Both the position numbers and the translations under genes were made by a program. The notes beneath the pieces are model-generated. The model searched no databases, was not told the origin of the DNA, and saw nothing but the letters and a program-made list of their open reading frames with translations. A stretch of DNA of 63,823 bases, counting the filler, from Welwitschia mirabilis (taxonomy: Eukaryota), in NCBI GenBank assembly GCA_051453625.1. It is 5 parts of one record of this genome, joined end to end, with 100 filler letters (N's around TTAATTAATTAA, not from the genome) between each part and the next. Parts side by side here need not be neighbours in the genome. Positions count along the whole stretch, not along the records: positions 1 to 21,669 come from JBOZIK010000001.1; 4 more parts are not named here. One strand, 5' to 3'. Positions 1 to 12,435 of this stretch are shown piece by piece. Within the stretch, counting starts at the first letter, position 1, and the number at the start of each line of letters is the position of its first letter.

Positions 1-780
1 ATGTTCTTCCACCACATTAGTTGATTTTTGATTAGAAGTAGATTGAGAAGGTAAATTAGGACAACTCTCCTTTTTATTTTATTATCGGAAATGAAATTAA
101 TAGTTTGTTGCATTTGACCCATTTGATTAACCAACTTCTTCATTGTTTCTTCTAATTTATTTTCTTGTAGAGGAGGAAGACATAAAGCTTTAGGTTGCCA
201 TTGAGATTAATTACTGTTGTACAGATGAAGGGATTTATGATGGAAATTGTTTGGATGAGAGTTAGGATACCTATTGAATGGTATAGGAGAATGATAATTT
301 TGATTAAAGGCATGAGCTTCAGGAAGATAATAATGATGTAAAGCACTTGAGCTTCCTTAAGGTTTTCACAAAATTTAATGAAATAACCCTCTACTTGACA
401 CAACCCACCAACCAGAAAAAAAAAAAAAAAAAAAAAAAAAAACTTGATGGAGATTGAGTTAGAACTTTCTTAAGCTTTTTTAGTTCTAATTTTATGATTT
501 TTTAGTTAAGCAGACAGAACTTCTATTTTCTTCGTTAATTCAACATTAGATTTATCCTTATGAAAATGTTCATTCCAGCTAAACTTACTTCTTATATGGT
601 TAGTATTAACATTTTCCCACCTTTGAGTAACTTCAAATAGATCTTATAATTCTTTCCATGCTTCGTCAAAAGTAGAATTTAATAAATGTCTAGTAGTTGA
701 TGTTTCTATTAACTTTCTAGTTTTTTTTTATTAAGACCTTCTAGAAAAAATTAAACTAATCTCCTACGATTAAAAGCTAG
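1..780 (-). pseudogene. gag: Degenerate Athila-like gypsy gag (C-terminal part) of minus-strand 'element 0', running off the left edge
   Basis: Reverse complement of ~600-770 reads LV*FFLEGLNK..RKLIETSTTRHLLNSTFDEAWKEL*DLFEVTQRWE, matching the retrotransposon gag motif F..GL...R...D...GG..L..T..EA...L......W. A knuckle-like GLCQVEGYFIKFC lies at ~370-410. Stops and frameshifts are present. Confidence 0.75.
416..442. repeat. Poly(A) run of 27 nt inside the gag relic
   Basis: Directly visible homopolymer. Confidence 0.95.
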
Positions 781-801
781 CTTATGAAAAAAAAAAAGTG
801 C

Positions 802-819
802 TTTCCACCAACGATGCTA
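802..819 (-). promoter_or_regulatory. Degenerate primer-binding site (Athila tRNA-Asp type) of element 0
   Basis: Minus strand TAGCATCGTTGGTGGAAA vs consensus TGGCGCCGTTGCCGGGGA: 11/18 identical, most differences G>A or C>T. It lies just after the LTR terminus. Confidence 0.55.
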
Positions 820-827
820 ATTTTGAA

Positions 828-1368
828 TGAAGTAAAAACTTAGTTTTTAAAAGAAGATCATGCTTTGAGCCTTTACAAAAGTAAATGTGTACTTAACATG
901 ATAATTTATCTTAGGAAAAGAAAATTAAGTATAAAAAGTTTAAATTAAAGCATAAAGAAATATTTGAGGTCAAATTGCATATATAGTGGAAGCACATGAG
1001 TATCAAATTGATAGAACAGCTGACATGAATTCATATGGAAATATGAATATTGTCTTATCAAACTGTCACTTTACATGATAAAACAACTATTTCTTTCAAG
1101 TGACAAACAAGTAATTATAACACATGACTTGTAATTATCGTAGAGGACTACATGTGTAAAAATGTAATTTCACTAGATGTGAAAAAGGAAATATAACAAA
1201 ATACAAAGAAGTAATTTTTTATAAACATTCAGAATGATTTTAAAGATATCATTTATAATTCATACAAATAAGTAAGAGAATTCAAACAGTCAAATTTATC
1301 AAAATCATTTTCATACAAAACTAATTTTCCTTGAAAACTTTAGTATTTAAAATCATTTAACATGGATG
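828..1368 (-). mobile_element. 3' part of LTR 'A' (5' LTR of element 0), split by element 1
   Basis: Homologous to 46337-46660 (same strand) and 45000-45364 (opposite strand). All three copies stop at the same ...TTTT(A/C)(C/T)TTCA terminus. Shared block: GGTCAAAT(T/C)GCATA(T/C)ATAG(T/C)GGAAGCACATGAGTAT. Confidence 0.75.
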
Positions 1369-2800
1369 TGTTGCGAGCTGAATTTGCCATCTTTAACATC
1401 ATGTTTGGAATTTGTTTTTAGCATCTTTTTACAGGTTTAATTCTTGTATGGACACTTTTGATGACAAAGGCCAAAGACAAAGAATTAATAATAATTTAAA
1501 TTAAAGCAGAGTAATTATGAAGCATTTAAGAAAGACATGCCAAGAAGACATTATGCAAAGAAGATGTTATATCAAAAAAATATTCCACAAAGATGTTACG
1601 CCAAGAAAATCTTACACGAAGGAGATTATGCATTTTCCACTAACATGAATAGGTATCTTACTGTCTTCTGAAGAATGTGTTGAAAGATGAAAGAAAACAA
1701 GTATATTACTATCTTCTAAAGAACGTGCTGAAAGATGAAAGAAATCTAGCACCAAACATCGGCGCTGCCGGCCAGCACTACCAATATCACCGGCCTTTGA
1801 AGAAACATAGAACAAATCTCACATTCCTGCACTTGTTTGGGAAATTGATCACTTTGCACTTATGAGCTTAATAAAAAGACAAGAAGGCACGTGAAGATGG
1901 AAGACCAGCAGATGTGGAAGATGTAAAGTCAACAGTCACTAAGAAGGCACATGGAAGACAAGAAGCCATGAGAAGATGAAGGATCAATGGTCATCCACTT
2001 GGTCGTCTCGAACACAAGAAGGCATGTAAAAGACATGAAGAATACAAAACAAACTCCTTCATTTATGCAATCATTGATATGATAGCCTTTGGTCTGTTAT
2101 GACTCTTCGTTGATCCTAATAGTCCTCCCAAATACTATAAATACCTCCTTAGGTCCTCTATTTACTCATCTTGACTGCATCGATTGTTCTTGTGACGCTT
2201 GGAGAGTGATTAAGCAAGGGATCTATCCATTAGTTGTAAGGAAGGGCTTTTCTTGGTGTTAGACTGCGTCCCCTTCATTGAGAAGCTATTACTTTGTAAC
2301 CATTGCAAAGAAGGACTTTCTCTGGTGTTAGGCTGTGTCTCCTTCATTGGGGAGCTGTTACTTTGTAACCACATGTAGAGTATTTCAATTAATAATATAT
2401 TAGTTGATTAGTTCTTTTATATACTCTTTTTATCTTCCTTATAGCTTATATCATTACAGTTAAATGACAAGTATCTATCAGTTGATATAGGTTATGAGAG
2501 CCAACTTAGTGATAACAAGTTGGTTAGCCAATTAGAACTTGCATATATATGACATCACATTCATGTCTACATTTCATTTTGCATTGCATTTTAATTCTAA
2601 AAGTTAGATTAGGAAATCAAATTATTCTGTAGTAATCTTCTAACTTTCTCTTTAAATTTCCTCTCTAGAGTACAATGAATGGGTTGACTCTCACATACTA
2701 GTGTATTTTTGTCTGTATTTTATTAAAGATTTACAGGTACTTAAGATCAAAGATTCATTAGAAGAAATACAAAATTCATCATAGGCTTCACACTCTAACA
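1369..2800 (+). repeat. 5' LTR of element 1
   Basis: Starts TGTTGCGAG, ends CACTCTAACA, colinear with 11035-12430 (about 84% identity in one hand-aligned ~165-bp block, mostly transitions). TATA-like CTATAAATA at ~2135. Confidence 0.95.
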
Positions 2801-2803
2801 AAT

Positions 2804-2821
2804 TGATGTCATTTCCTAGGA
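2804..2821 (+). promoter_or_regulatory. Degenerate PBS of element 1 (tRNA-Asp type)
   Basis: TGATGTCATTTCCTAGGA lies 3 nt after the LTR end; 11/18 match to TGGCGCCGTTGCCGGGGA. Confidence 0.6.
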
Positions 2822-3899
2822 GGAGTTCAAGGAAACTAGATGGTTCAAACCTAATTGCATAGGTAACTAATTTGCTTTCAAGTTATTTACCTATGTAGTG
2901 TGCATGTACAATTTTTTTCCTTAGGTTAGATTGCATTTTCACTTTCTTAGTTTAAGGTTGCTTTTCAATTTCTGTTATTTTTTTCTTTTCTAATTTAGCT
3001 TTATCTTCTTTTGTTACCGTGTTCTCAGACCCTGCAACTTGAACCATCTTGCGTTACTCTGAAACCAACCTCTATCTTTTCCCAATTACCTTTTCTTAAT
3101 CAGATCGACGCTGCTGCCTTCGTTGATTGGTGTCGTCGACGTTCCTACCTAGACAACTGTGTACTTTCACCTGAAACCACCTGTAACCTCTCTAAACCAT
3201 TTTTTATTGTAGGCCTCCTCAAAAACTTTGAAAAACCTAGAAAACGTGAACATTTGCTTTTTTGGTCTTGGCTTTATTTTTTGAAAATTTTTATCCCTAC
3301 GTTACTGTTAATTTTTGCTTTCACTTATTAATTTCTGTAATTTTTTTAGATTTCTATAAATTTTTAATTTTTGTAAATTTTAATTTCTGTAAGTTTTATT
3401 TCCTATGTCAGTTTTGCTTTTAGGAGACTATCATTATTTTCTAAATAAAAATCTGCCCTTAACATCCACCATTGAAATAGCTTCTCTCTTGCACTTCGTA
3501 TGATCTAGAAGGGAGTTTTCCACCTTGGTGTAAAGAAGTTTAGTTTTTAACCTTTTATGGAATAGCAAGTGAATGGTTTCACTGAAAAAGCATCAGCGGG
3601 AGAAGCAATTTGTTAGCTACATGATTAAATAAGGGTTAGTAGACTTCAATTCAAGAACGCGAGGTGAGAAAGTTTCAGTTTCCAGAATAAAGGAAGACAA
3701 TTTTTTTGCTTTTTAAGTTAATTTACCTATTTTTTAAAGTAGTTTTCCTATTTTCGAAAGTGGTTTACCAATTTCTGAAAGCAATTTGTTTAAACCATCT
3801 TCTTCTTCAAATCCTACTTTTCAAACATTTTATCCTTCTATAAAAATATCTACCTCCCCTTCTACTCCTACCTTTACCTTAACTCTCAAGCAACTATTA

Positions 3900-6800
3900 G
3901 CATAAAGGAAGAGAGAAATCCAAAGCCCCTTTGACCTTCCCAAAGGAGTTGATGTAGAACTCAAAAATCTACAAGGCTACCCTCCTTTTCCAGGAGAGGA
4001 TGACAAAGATCCTCTACAACACTTAGCAGAAATAAAGCAACTCATTCTTACTTTGGAAAACGGGAAAAATAAGGTTATGGATAGGATCTAAATGATGATC
4101 TTTCCTTTCAACCTTAAAGGAAAAGCTAAAAATTGGTTAAAAACCATTTCATACAAAAGTCTTAAGAGTTGGAGCCAAGTTCAAGATGCATTCATCAGAA
4201 GATTCATAAGTGAAGAAACCGTAAGGAAAAGAAGANNNNNNNNNNNNNNNNNNNNNNNNNNNNNNNNNNNNNNNNNNNNNNNNNNNNNNNNNNNNNNNNN
4301 NNNNNNNNNNNNNNNNNNNNNNNNNNNNNNNNNNNNNNNNNNNNNNNNNNNNNNNNNNNNNNNNNNNNNNNNNNNNNNNNNNNNNNNNNNNNNNNNNNNN
4401 NNNNNNNNNNNNNNNNNNNNNNNNNNNNNNNNNNNNNNNNNNNNNNNNNNNNNNNNNNNNNNNNNNNNNNNNNNNNNNNNNNNNNNNNNNNNNNNNNNNN
4501 NNNNNNNNNNNNNNNNNNNNNNNNNNNNNNNNNNNNNNNNNNNNNNNNNNNNNNNNNNNNNNNNNNNNNNNNNNNNNNNNNNNNNNNNNNNNNNNNNNNN
4601 NNNNNNNNNNNNNNNNNNNNNNNNNNNNNNNNNNNNNNNNNNNNNNNNNNNNNNNNNNNNNNNNNNNNNNNNNNNNNNNNNNNNNNNNNNNNNNNNNNNN
4701 NNNNNNNNNNNNNNNNNNNNNNNNNNNNNNNNNNNNNNNNNNNNNNNNNNNNNNNNNNNNNNNNNNNNNNNNNNNNNNNNNNNNNNNNNNNNNNNNNNNN
4801 NNNNNNNNNNNNNNNNNNNNNNNNNNNNNNNNNNNNNNNNNNNNNNNNNNNNNNNNNNNNNNNNNNNNNNNNNNNNNNNNNNNNNNNNNNNNNNNNNNNN
4901 NNNNNNNNNNNNNNNNNNNNNNNNNNNNNNNNNNNNNNNNNNNNNNNNNNNNNNNNNNNNNNNNNNNNNNNNNNNNNNNNNCAAGTTAAACCTAGCTTAA
5001 ACCAACCATTAAAAAAAAAAATTGTAGGAAAAATGTTGAAAGACATGAAGAGCAACCTAGCCTTAGCAATCTAGTTCAAGATCTTACCAACGCATTCATT
5101 AAGGCCTTGGTTGACGCAAAGATGTTAAATCAATAATCTCAACTATCAAACTCCCCTTGTGAAATTTGTGAAGACAACTTCCATTACACCAAGGATCGTC
5201 CCGCTTTACCAACATGTTAAGGAGATGTTCCATGAAGAAGCTTGTGCATTCAATCAAAAACCCAATACGTTTAGAAATAATCAACAATTTCCATAATAAA
5301 ATATGCGACCACAATTAACGTTTAGGCCCTCTTTTGATAATAGATATAGGAGCAATAACTTCCATTCCAATAATTTTCAGCCCAACAACTTTTAAAATAA
5401 CTTTTAGTTCAATAACCTTAGAGAGTCAATGGAATAAATGAAGGAAGAAATGAAGAAGATGCAAGAAAATACCAACACAAATTTAGAAAATCAAAACAAG
5501 TATTTAGAGAATCAAAGCAAGACCCTTGAAATTCTAATTGGGTCTTTCAACAAACTATGTTAGGGACCAAAGACCTTAAGGCTCCCTTGCAATCTAAACC
5601 ATTCCCAACCAAAATGATGTTAAGAAGGATTGGAAGCTAGTGACAAGAAGTGGACGTGATATAACTCCCAATGAAGAACCCCCCACTTCTCACAACCAAG
5701 AAGATCCAAGCCATGATGATGACATAGAAGTTCTTGATCAACCTAGCTTTTCTTTAGCCCCTAAGAAAAATCCAATTACTACACAATCAATGAGAACATG
5801 AAAAATAAACCCACAACTCCTTGGTTAGAAATATTAAAGACTAATCCTATTTACAATGATTATCTTAAGGAAATTATGCAAGATGTGAGCATCACCTTAC
5901 CTTTCTAGAAAGTATTGCAAGATAATCTTAGATACAACAAAGTTTGGAAGGACTTACTTAGAAGAAAATAAAAAAGAACCATATCAAGTAGGATGTTTGT
6001 TGCACAAGCCCTTTTCAACTTGCTTGCACAAAAATGTTCAAATTTCAAAGACCTAAGGGCTTCTACAGTTAGTATTATACTAAAGGGAAGCAAAAAGGTC
6101 AAGAAAGAATTGATAGACATAAGGACAAGTGTCAAAATCATGCCATTTCACATCTAGAAAAAGTTTGGGTTAGAAAAAAGGATTGAATTAACAAAAATTG
6201 TGTTGGAACTAGCTGATGCAACTCTTGAAAAACCAATTGGAGTTAATAAGGATTTAATCATATAAATTGAAGAGGCCTTTTACCCTATAGATGTGGTCAT
6301 TATTGATGTTGAACACCAAGGAGGATACCTTTTTCTCTTAGAAAGAGCTTTTTGTGCAACAACCCATTGTATTATTGATACACAGATTGAAATGATGGAA
6401 TGCCTTGCAAGGAATAGAAAACTCATTATTCGAGTCTTTGATGTGGCTGAAAAAGTCATGGAACAATATTTTAATCTTGAGCAACAAATTAGACCCTTCA
6501 TGCTCATTCAACATCATCCTTTAGAAGAAAGGATTCTCACTTTACACAATCCAATTTTATTTATGATCTTGAAGAAAGTAAAGTCATCCTAGGAAGCCTT
6601 AATTCTTCTAACCCATGTGATCTCAACAATGACCTCTTGAACAACAACTTGCATGAAGAAAAAGATGAAAGCTTTGAATCCCTTATGGATCATGATATTC
6701 AACATATTAAAGCCATAGAAAACCTTTTACATCAAAAGAGAATTCCAACAACAACAAGGGATAATTCTGATTTAGAACTTAAAGAACTAACAAATGGACT

Positions 6801-9660
6801 AAAATACATATTTTTGAATGATGACCCTAAAAAACCCTTAATTGTTAATGCATGTCTTCACCCTTCTTAAGAAGAATCACTACTTCAACTTCTCAAATCC
6901 AAAACGCAGACTTTTTCTTGGATTTGTAAGATCTTTTAGCCATTCCTCCTTCCATTGTTTAACATAAAAATTATTTGGAAGATAATGCCAAGCCCATTAG
7001 ACAACCACAAAAGGGACTTAACCCTACCCTTAAGCAAGTAGTAAAAGAAGAAATAATTAAACTTATATATGTAGGAATCATTTATGCCATATCTGATAGT
7101 GACTAGGCTAGCCCTCTTACTGTACCACCACAAAAGAGTGGAAAATGATGAGTTCGCATTGATTTTAGAAATCTTAATGATGTTACCAAAAAAGACTATT
7201 GCCCCTTACCATTTCTAGACCAACTTCTTGATAGGATCCAAGGTCATGCGTATTATTGCTTTCTTGATGGATATAGCAATTACAACCAAGTATGCATAGC
7301 CAATGAAGATCAAGCCAAGACAACCTTTATATATCCTTTTACTACCTTTGCCTTTAGAAGAATGTCCTTTGGTTTATGTAATGCACCTTAAACCTTTCAA
7401 AGGGCTATCATGGCTATTTTCAGATATGATTGAAGAATCTATAGAAGTCTTCATGGATGACTTCAATTTTTTGGGATTCTTTTGAGCAAACTTTAGAAAG
7501 ATTGGAAAAAGTCCTTAACCGTTGCATCAAACCTGGCCTTCATTTGAGTTAAGAAAAGAGTTATTTCTTAGTAAGAGATGGAATAGTTTTAGGTCATCAT
7601 ATTTCTAGCAATGGAATTCAGATGGATCCTTCGAAAATAGACATCATTAGAAACCTTCCTCGTCTAACCAATGTAAAACAAGTCAGATATTTTCTTGGTC
7701 AGGATGGTTTTTATCGAAGATTCATTCAAGATTATGCTAAAATTTGAAAACCTTTTCATTCTCTCTTAGAAAATGATGCTGAATTTAATTAGAATGAGCC
7801 TTGTCAACATGATTTTGAAAATCTTAAAGACAAAAGCACTTCAACACCTATTGTAGGAGGACCAGATTGGAATAAAGATTTTGAACTTATATGTAATGCA
7901 AGCAACTGTAGGGGGTGTGTTAAGATAAAAATATGAGAAATATTATAATGTTATTTTTTATATTAGTAAAAACCCTTTCAGGAGCTTAACTTAATTACAT
8001 CACTACTGAAAAAGAAATGCTTGCCATTATCTTTTGTCTTGATAAACTTTGACATTATCTTCTTGGTTTTCATACTAATGTTTATAGGGATCATGTTTTC
8101 ATTCAATATCTTATGATCAAGAAAGATTGTAGTGAAAGACTTATTAGATGGGTGTTGTTAATGCAAGAATTCAACTAACCATTATTGATAAAGAAGGGAA
8201 ACATAATTGTGTGGCTGATCATCTCTATAGAATCCTTCATGAACAACATCCCTTACATTTTTCTCCTTATATTTCTATTCAAGATGATTTTCCAGATGAA
8301 CAACTCTTTTCCATTACACATTTTTGTTCTATGTCTTCTAAACATCCTCTCCATCGTATGTGGACATTGTTAATTATCTTGTTACCCTGAAAATTGCCCA
8401 ACATTGGACTCACAATCAAAGAAAATATTTTCTTTATAGAATAGGAGACCATGTGTGGCATAAGCCTCACCCTTACCAAAAATGTAAAGATCAAATCATC
8501 TGCAAATGTGTGCCAGAATGGGAACAACATAATATCCTTACTCTTTGTCATGGTGGATTGTGTGGAGGTCATTTTAGTGGATAAAATACTTCTATGAAAA
8601 TCCTTCGTGCAGGTTTCTATTGGCCTACCGTCTTCAAGGATTCATTTAACTTTACAAGAAAATATGATGCTTATCAACATTTTGGTAGCCTTTATGAATC
8701 TCGAGACATACCCCTTCAATCTATCTTAGGGTAAAACTTTTGGTTGTTGGGGCATAGACTTCATCGATCTTTTACACGATCTTCCTGTAATAAAAATTAC
8801 ATCCTTGTGGTAGTGGATTATGTGAGAAAATGGGTAGAAGCCACTCCTACAATTACAAATGATGCTAAAACTATATGTTCTTTTCTTAGATCTAATATCT
8901 TTCATAGATTTGGCTTTTCAAGAATTTTGATAAGTGATTAAGTAACTCATTTTGTGAACAAAATTCTTAGAAAACTACTCCTTTTAGTAGAAATTGAACA
9001 TAGAATTGCTAATTCTTATCACACACAAATAAATGACCAAGATGAAAATGTAAACAAGGAAATCAAGAAAATTCTTCAAAACGCATTTCAAAAAACAAGA
9101 AATCTTGGTCTTCTAAACTTAATGATGTGATTTGGGCTTTCCATACTACTTGGCGTAAGTCACTTGGTTTTTCTTCTTATGAACTTGTGTTTGGAAAAGC
9201 TTGTGTTCTTCCCATTGATGTGTGCTACAATTCTTATAAAGCCATTCATTAACTTAATGTCATGGATTTTGATCATAATCTTTAGCATTGACTAACCCAA
9301 CTTCAACATCTTGATGAGAAACACAATCATGCTATTCATAGACAACTCATCCAAAAAGATCAAGAAATGTTTTACCATGAAAAAAATCTCCTCCACAAAT
9401 CCATTGAACTTGCTTGGTTTTATCGTATAATACTAGAGTGCATCTTTTGTATAATAAATTGACCTCTAAATGATTGGATCCTTACCTTGTTAAAAACGTT
9501 TATTCTAATGGCTCTGTTGAGATTTCTGATTCGCAAACCAAAACGTTAATGGACAAAGGTTTAAAATTTATGTATCACTTGATGATTATACTTATGGCTC
9601 AAACTTGGTAGAAGCAATTAACTTGGAAGATCCCATTGAAGAAAAAGAGGAGGATCTTCC
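3900..9660 (+). pseudogene. pol: gag-pol pseudogene of element 1 (gag ~3900-5300, protease ~6030-6450, RT ~6900-7700, RNase H ~7850-8240, integrase ~8400-9580)
   Basis: gag FPFNLKGKAKNWL..SWSQVQDAF; protease KFKDLR...LIDIRTSV.IMP; RT YCFLDGYSNYNQ, MSFGLCNA and VFMDDF (7447-7464); RH NYITTEKEMLAI; INT CHGGLCGGHFSG, GIDF and VDYVRKWVEA. Many stops and frameshifts; N-gap at 4236-4981. Confidence 0.95.
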
Positions 9661-11020
9661 CTTTTCCATTTTCTAATTCTTTTCTTAGCTCCCTTTCTTG
9701 GTTTAAGTTATGATGTTACTTGATCATCTTTAACTTGATTCATGTTCAAATTTAATATGTCTTATCATGATTCAGTAATCTCTTACTTTGGGCATTATAG
9801 TGGAAAAAATTGGATTTAGCCAATCTTCAGATATTGCTATAACTAAACTAATCTCCTTGATTACTTTGTTTTAGAATCAATTATGTTAATTAGATGCTTA
9901 TTGGCNNNNNNNNNNNNNNNNNNNNNNNNNNNNNNNNNNNNNNNNNNNNNNNNNNNNNNNNNNNNNNNNNNNNNNNNNNNNNNNNNNNNNNNNNNNNNNN
10001 NNNNNCTTGATTACTTTGTTTTAGAATCAATTATGTTAATTAGATGCTTATTGGCAATCATGTGTTTTGTTATTTCACTTTAATAATCAATTAATGCTTT
10101 TAAAATAGGATTCTAAGTGCATTAAAAAAATAATAATAAAAGAGGAAATAAAATAAAAATTAATCTTTCTTAAAAATTAATCTTCCTTAAAAATATACCA
10201 TGATGTTTTGTCGTAGCAAGGTACTATGGTTGCTAAAAGTTGAAGATAGGATTGAATTATAATCCAAACATAAATTGATACTTTTTAAATAATCTTTGGA
10301 TATTGATCCTTTCACTACCTTATCACATGATAAACTATGATATTTTTACAATGAATCTTGCATCTTTACATCAAGTAGTTCAATGGTTTTATCCAAGGAA
10401 ATTTGCTAAGTTAAAATTTATGGTGAAGTAATTAATATTCTCCTTGTTCCATGTTGTCCATTTTTAGTGTTGATTTTCTTAGTTACAATCAGTTGTCTGG
10501 AAGTCATTTACTTACTTTTTTATTAAACAATGGTGATAACTTTACCATTTTCTAGTCTTCTTGTTAGAAATTCTCGAGTCTTAACACACAATAAGTCCTT
10601 AACCATTTGTTTCATTTCCATGTTTTTTCATTTTATGATTGTGCTTTTTAGTTTTTGCTTTTCTTTCTTATTTTACATCCCTTGCTACTTTCTTTCTGAT
10701 TATCACAAGTATATTTGCTTAAAATTTGGGAGGATTTATCTACTTCGTGGGTGTGTAATCTATGGAATCCTCAAAATATGGGCTTTAATTGAAAGGAATT
10801 TGTTTAATAAAAACATGTTTTTTTTATAGATCTGAAACACTAAAACTCTGAATCCCATACATATCTTCCCCATGACATTAAAGTGGAATATATTTGTAAA
10901 TATACACTCTATGTTCAATAATATAAGATCTTTTTATGCTTGAATGTTATAGTTTATCCTTTTTCCAATTTGGCCCACTTCTATTCTTTTCTGCTTTCCT
11001 TGTCAAGGACTAACAAACAC

Positions 11021-11034
11021 TTAGTTGGGGGATA
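11021..11034 (+). promoter_or_regulatory. Polypurine tract of element 1
   Basis: TTAGTTGGGGGATA immediately before the 3' LTR TG, preceded by the Athila-type GGACTAACAAA motif. Confidence 0.85.
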
Positions 11035-12430
11035 TGTTGCAAGCAAATTATCCATATTTAACATCATGTTTGGAGTGTTTTTTAGGTTCTTTTTATAGGT
11101 TTAATGCTTATATGGATCACTTATAATGACAAAGACTAAATAAAAAGAATTAATAGTAATTTGGATTAAAGTGAAGTAATTATGAAGCATTTAAGAAAGA
11201 CATGCCAAATACATGTTATGCAAAGAATATGTTACATCAAGAAAACATTCCATATAATCAAGAAGATGTTACGTCAAGAAAATGTTACAATAAGGGGATT
11301 ATGCGTTTCCCACTAACATGAGTAGGTATATTGTTGTGTTTCAAAGAATGTGTTAAAAGATGAAAGAAATCTAGCACTAAACGCTGGCGCTGTTAGCCAA
11401 CACTACTAGCACTGCCAACTTTCTAAAGAAACACAACACAAATCTCACATTTCTACACTTGTTTGGAAAATTAATCACTTTGCAATTATGGACTTAGTAA
11501 AAAGACAAGAAGACATGTGAAGATGGAAGATCAATAGATGTGGAAGATGTAAAGTCAGTAGTCATCAAGAAGGCATGTAGAAGACAAGAAGCTATGAGAA
11601 GATGCAATATCAATGGTTACCCACTTGGTCATTCGGAAGATAAAAAGGCATGTAAAAGACATGGAGAATACACAAACCAAACTCCATTATTTATATAATC
11701 ATTGATATGATAACCTTTGGTCTATTATGACTCTCTAATAATCTGAAGAATCATCCCAAATACCATAGATATCTCCCTTTCATCCCCCATTTACTCATCT
11801 CATTTGCATCGATTGTTCTTGTGATGTGTGGAGAGCAATTAAGCAAGGGATCTATCCATTAGTTACAAAGAAGGGCTTTTCTTGATGTTGGACTATTTTT
11901 CCTTCATTGAGAAGCTGTTACTTTGTAATCTTTGCAGAGGAGGACTTTCCTTGGTGTTAGGCTGTGTTTCCTTCATTTAGGAGCTATTACTTTGTAACCA
12001 GATGTGAAGCATTTTAATTAATAAATTATTAATTGATTTATTCTATTATATATTCTTTTTATCTTCTTTGTAACTTATGTCATTACAGTTAAGCGACAGA
12101 TATTTGTAAGTTGATATAGGTTATGAGGATTCACTTGGATGACAAAAAGCTAGTTGACGAGTTAGAACTTGAATTTAGGTTGCATTGCATTCATTTTTGC
12201 ATTTCATTTTGCATTGCAGTTTAATTTTGAAAGTTAGATTAGGAAATCAAATTATTTTGCAGTAATCTTCCAACTTCCTCTTTGAGTTTCTTCTCTAGAG
12301 AATGACAAATGGGTTGACTCCGACATACTAGTATGTTTTTGTATGTACTTTATTAAAGATATGCAGATACTTAAGATCAAAGATTCATGAGAAGAAATAC
12401 AAGATTCATCACATGATTTGCACTCTAACA
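11035..12430 (+). repeat. 3' LTR of element 1
   Basis: TGTTGCAAG...CACTCTAACA, colinear with 1369-2800. Confidence 0.95.
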
Positions 12431-12435
12431 ACATG

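Larger units (their letters stand above)
1369..12430 (+). mobile_element. Structurally complete but decayed Athila-like Ty3/gypsy LTR retrotransposon ('element 1', ~11.1 kb)
   Basis: Two ~1.4-kb direct repeats (TGTTGC...CACTCTAACA), a PBS, gag-PR-RT-RH-INT in that order, and a PPT. Flanks GGATG / ACATG look like a decayed 5-bp TSD (3/5 match). Confidence 0.95.

Noticed and set aside
3011..3331. 106-aa ORF upstream of gag as an Ogre-like extra ORF
   Set aside because: TTG start, no recognisable motif, low-complexity 5' UTR, and no counterpart seen in element 2.
4092..5055. Long ORFs in the ORF track (also ~14.3, 20.1, 35.4, 56.3 and 61.6 kb)
   Set aside because: They are long only because they run through N gaps (poly-X).
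9856..10055. Direct repeats flanking 100-N gaps (also ~53891-54130, 61704-61897, 62810-63270 and 63323-63725)
   Set aside because: Near-identical sequence on both sides of fixed-size gaps is typical of unmerged contig overlaps or haplotypes.
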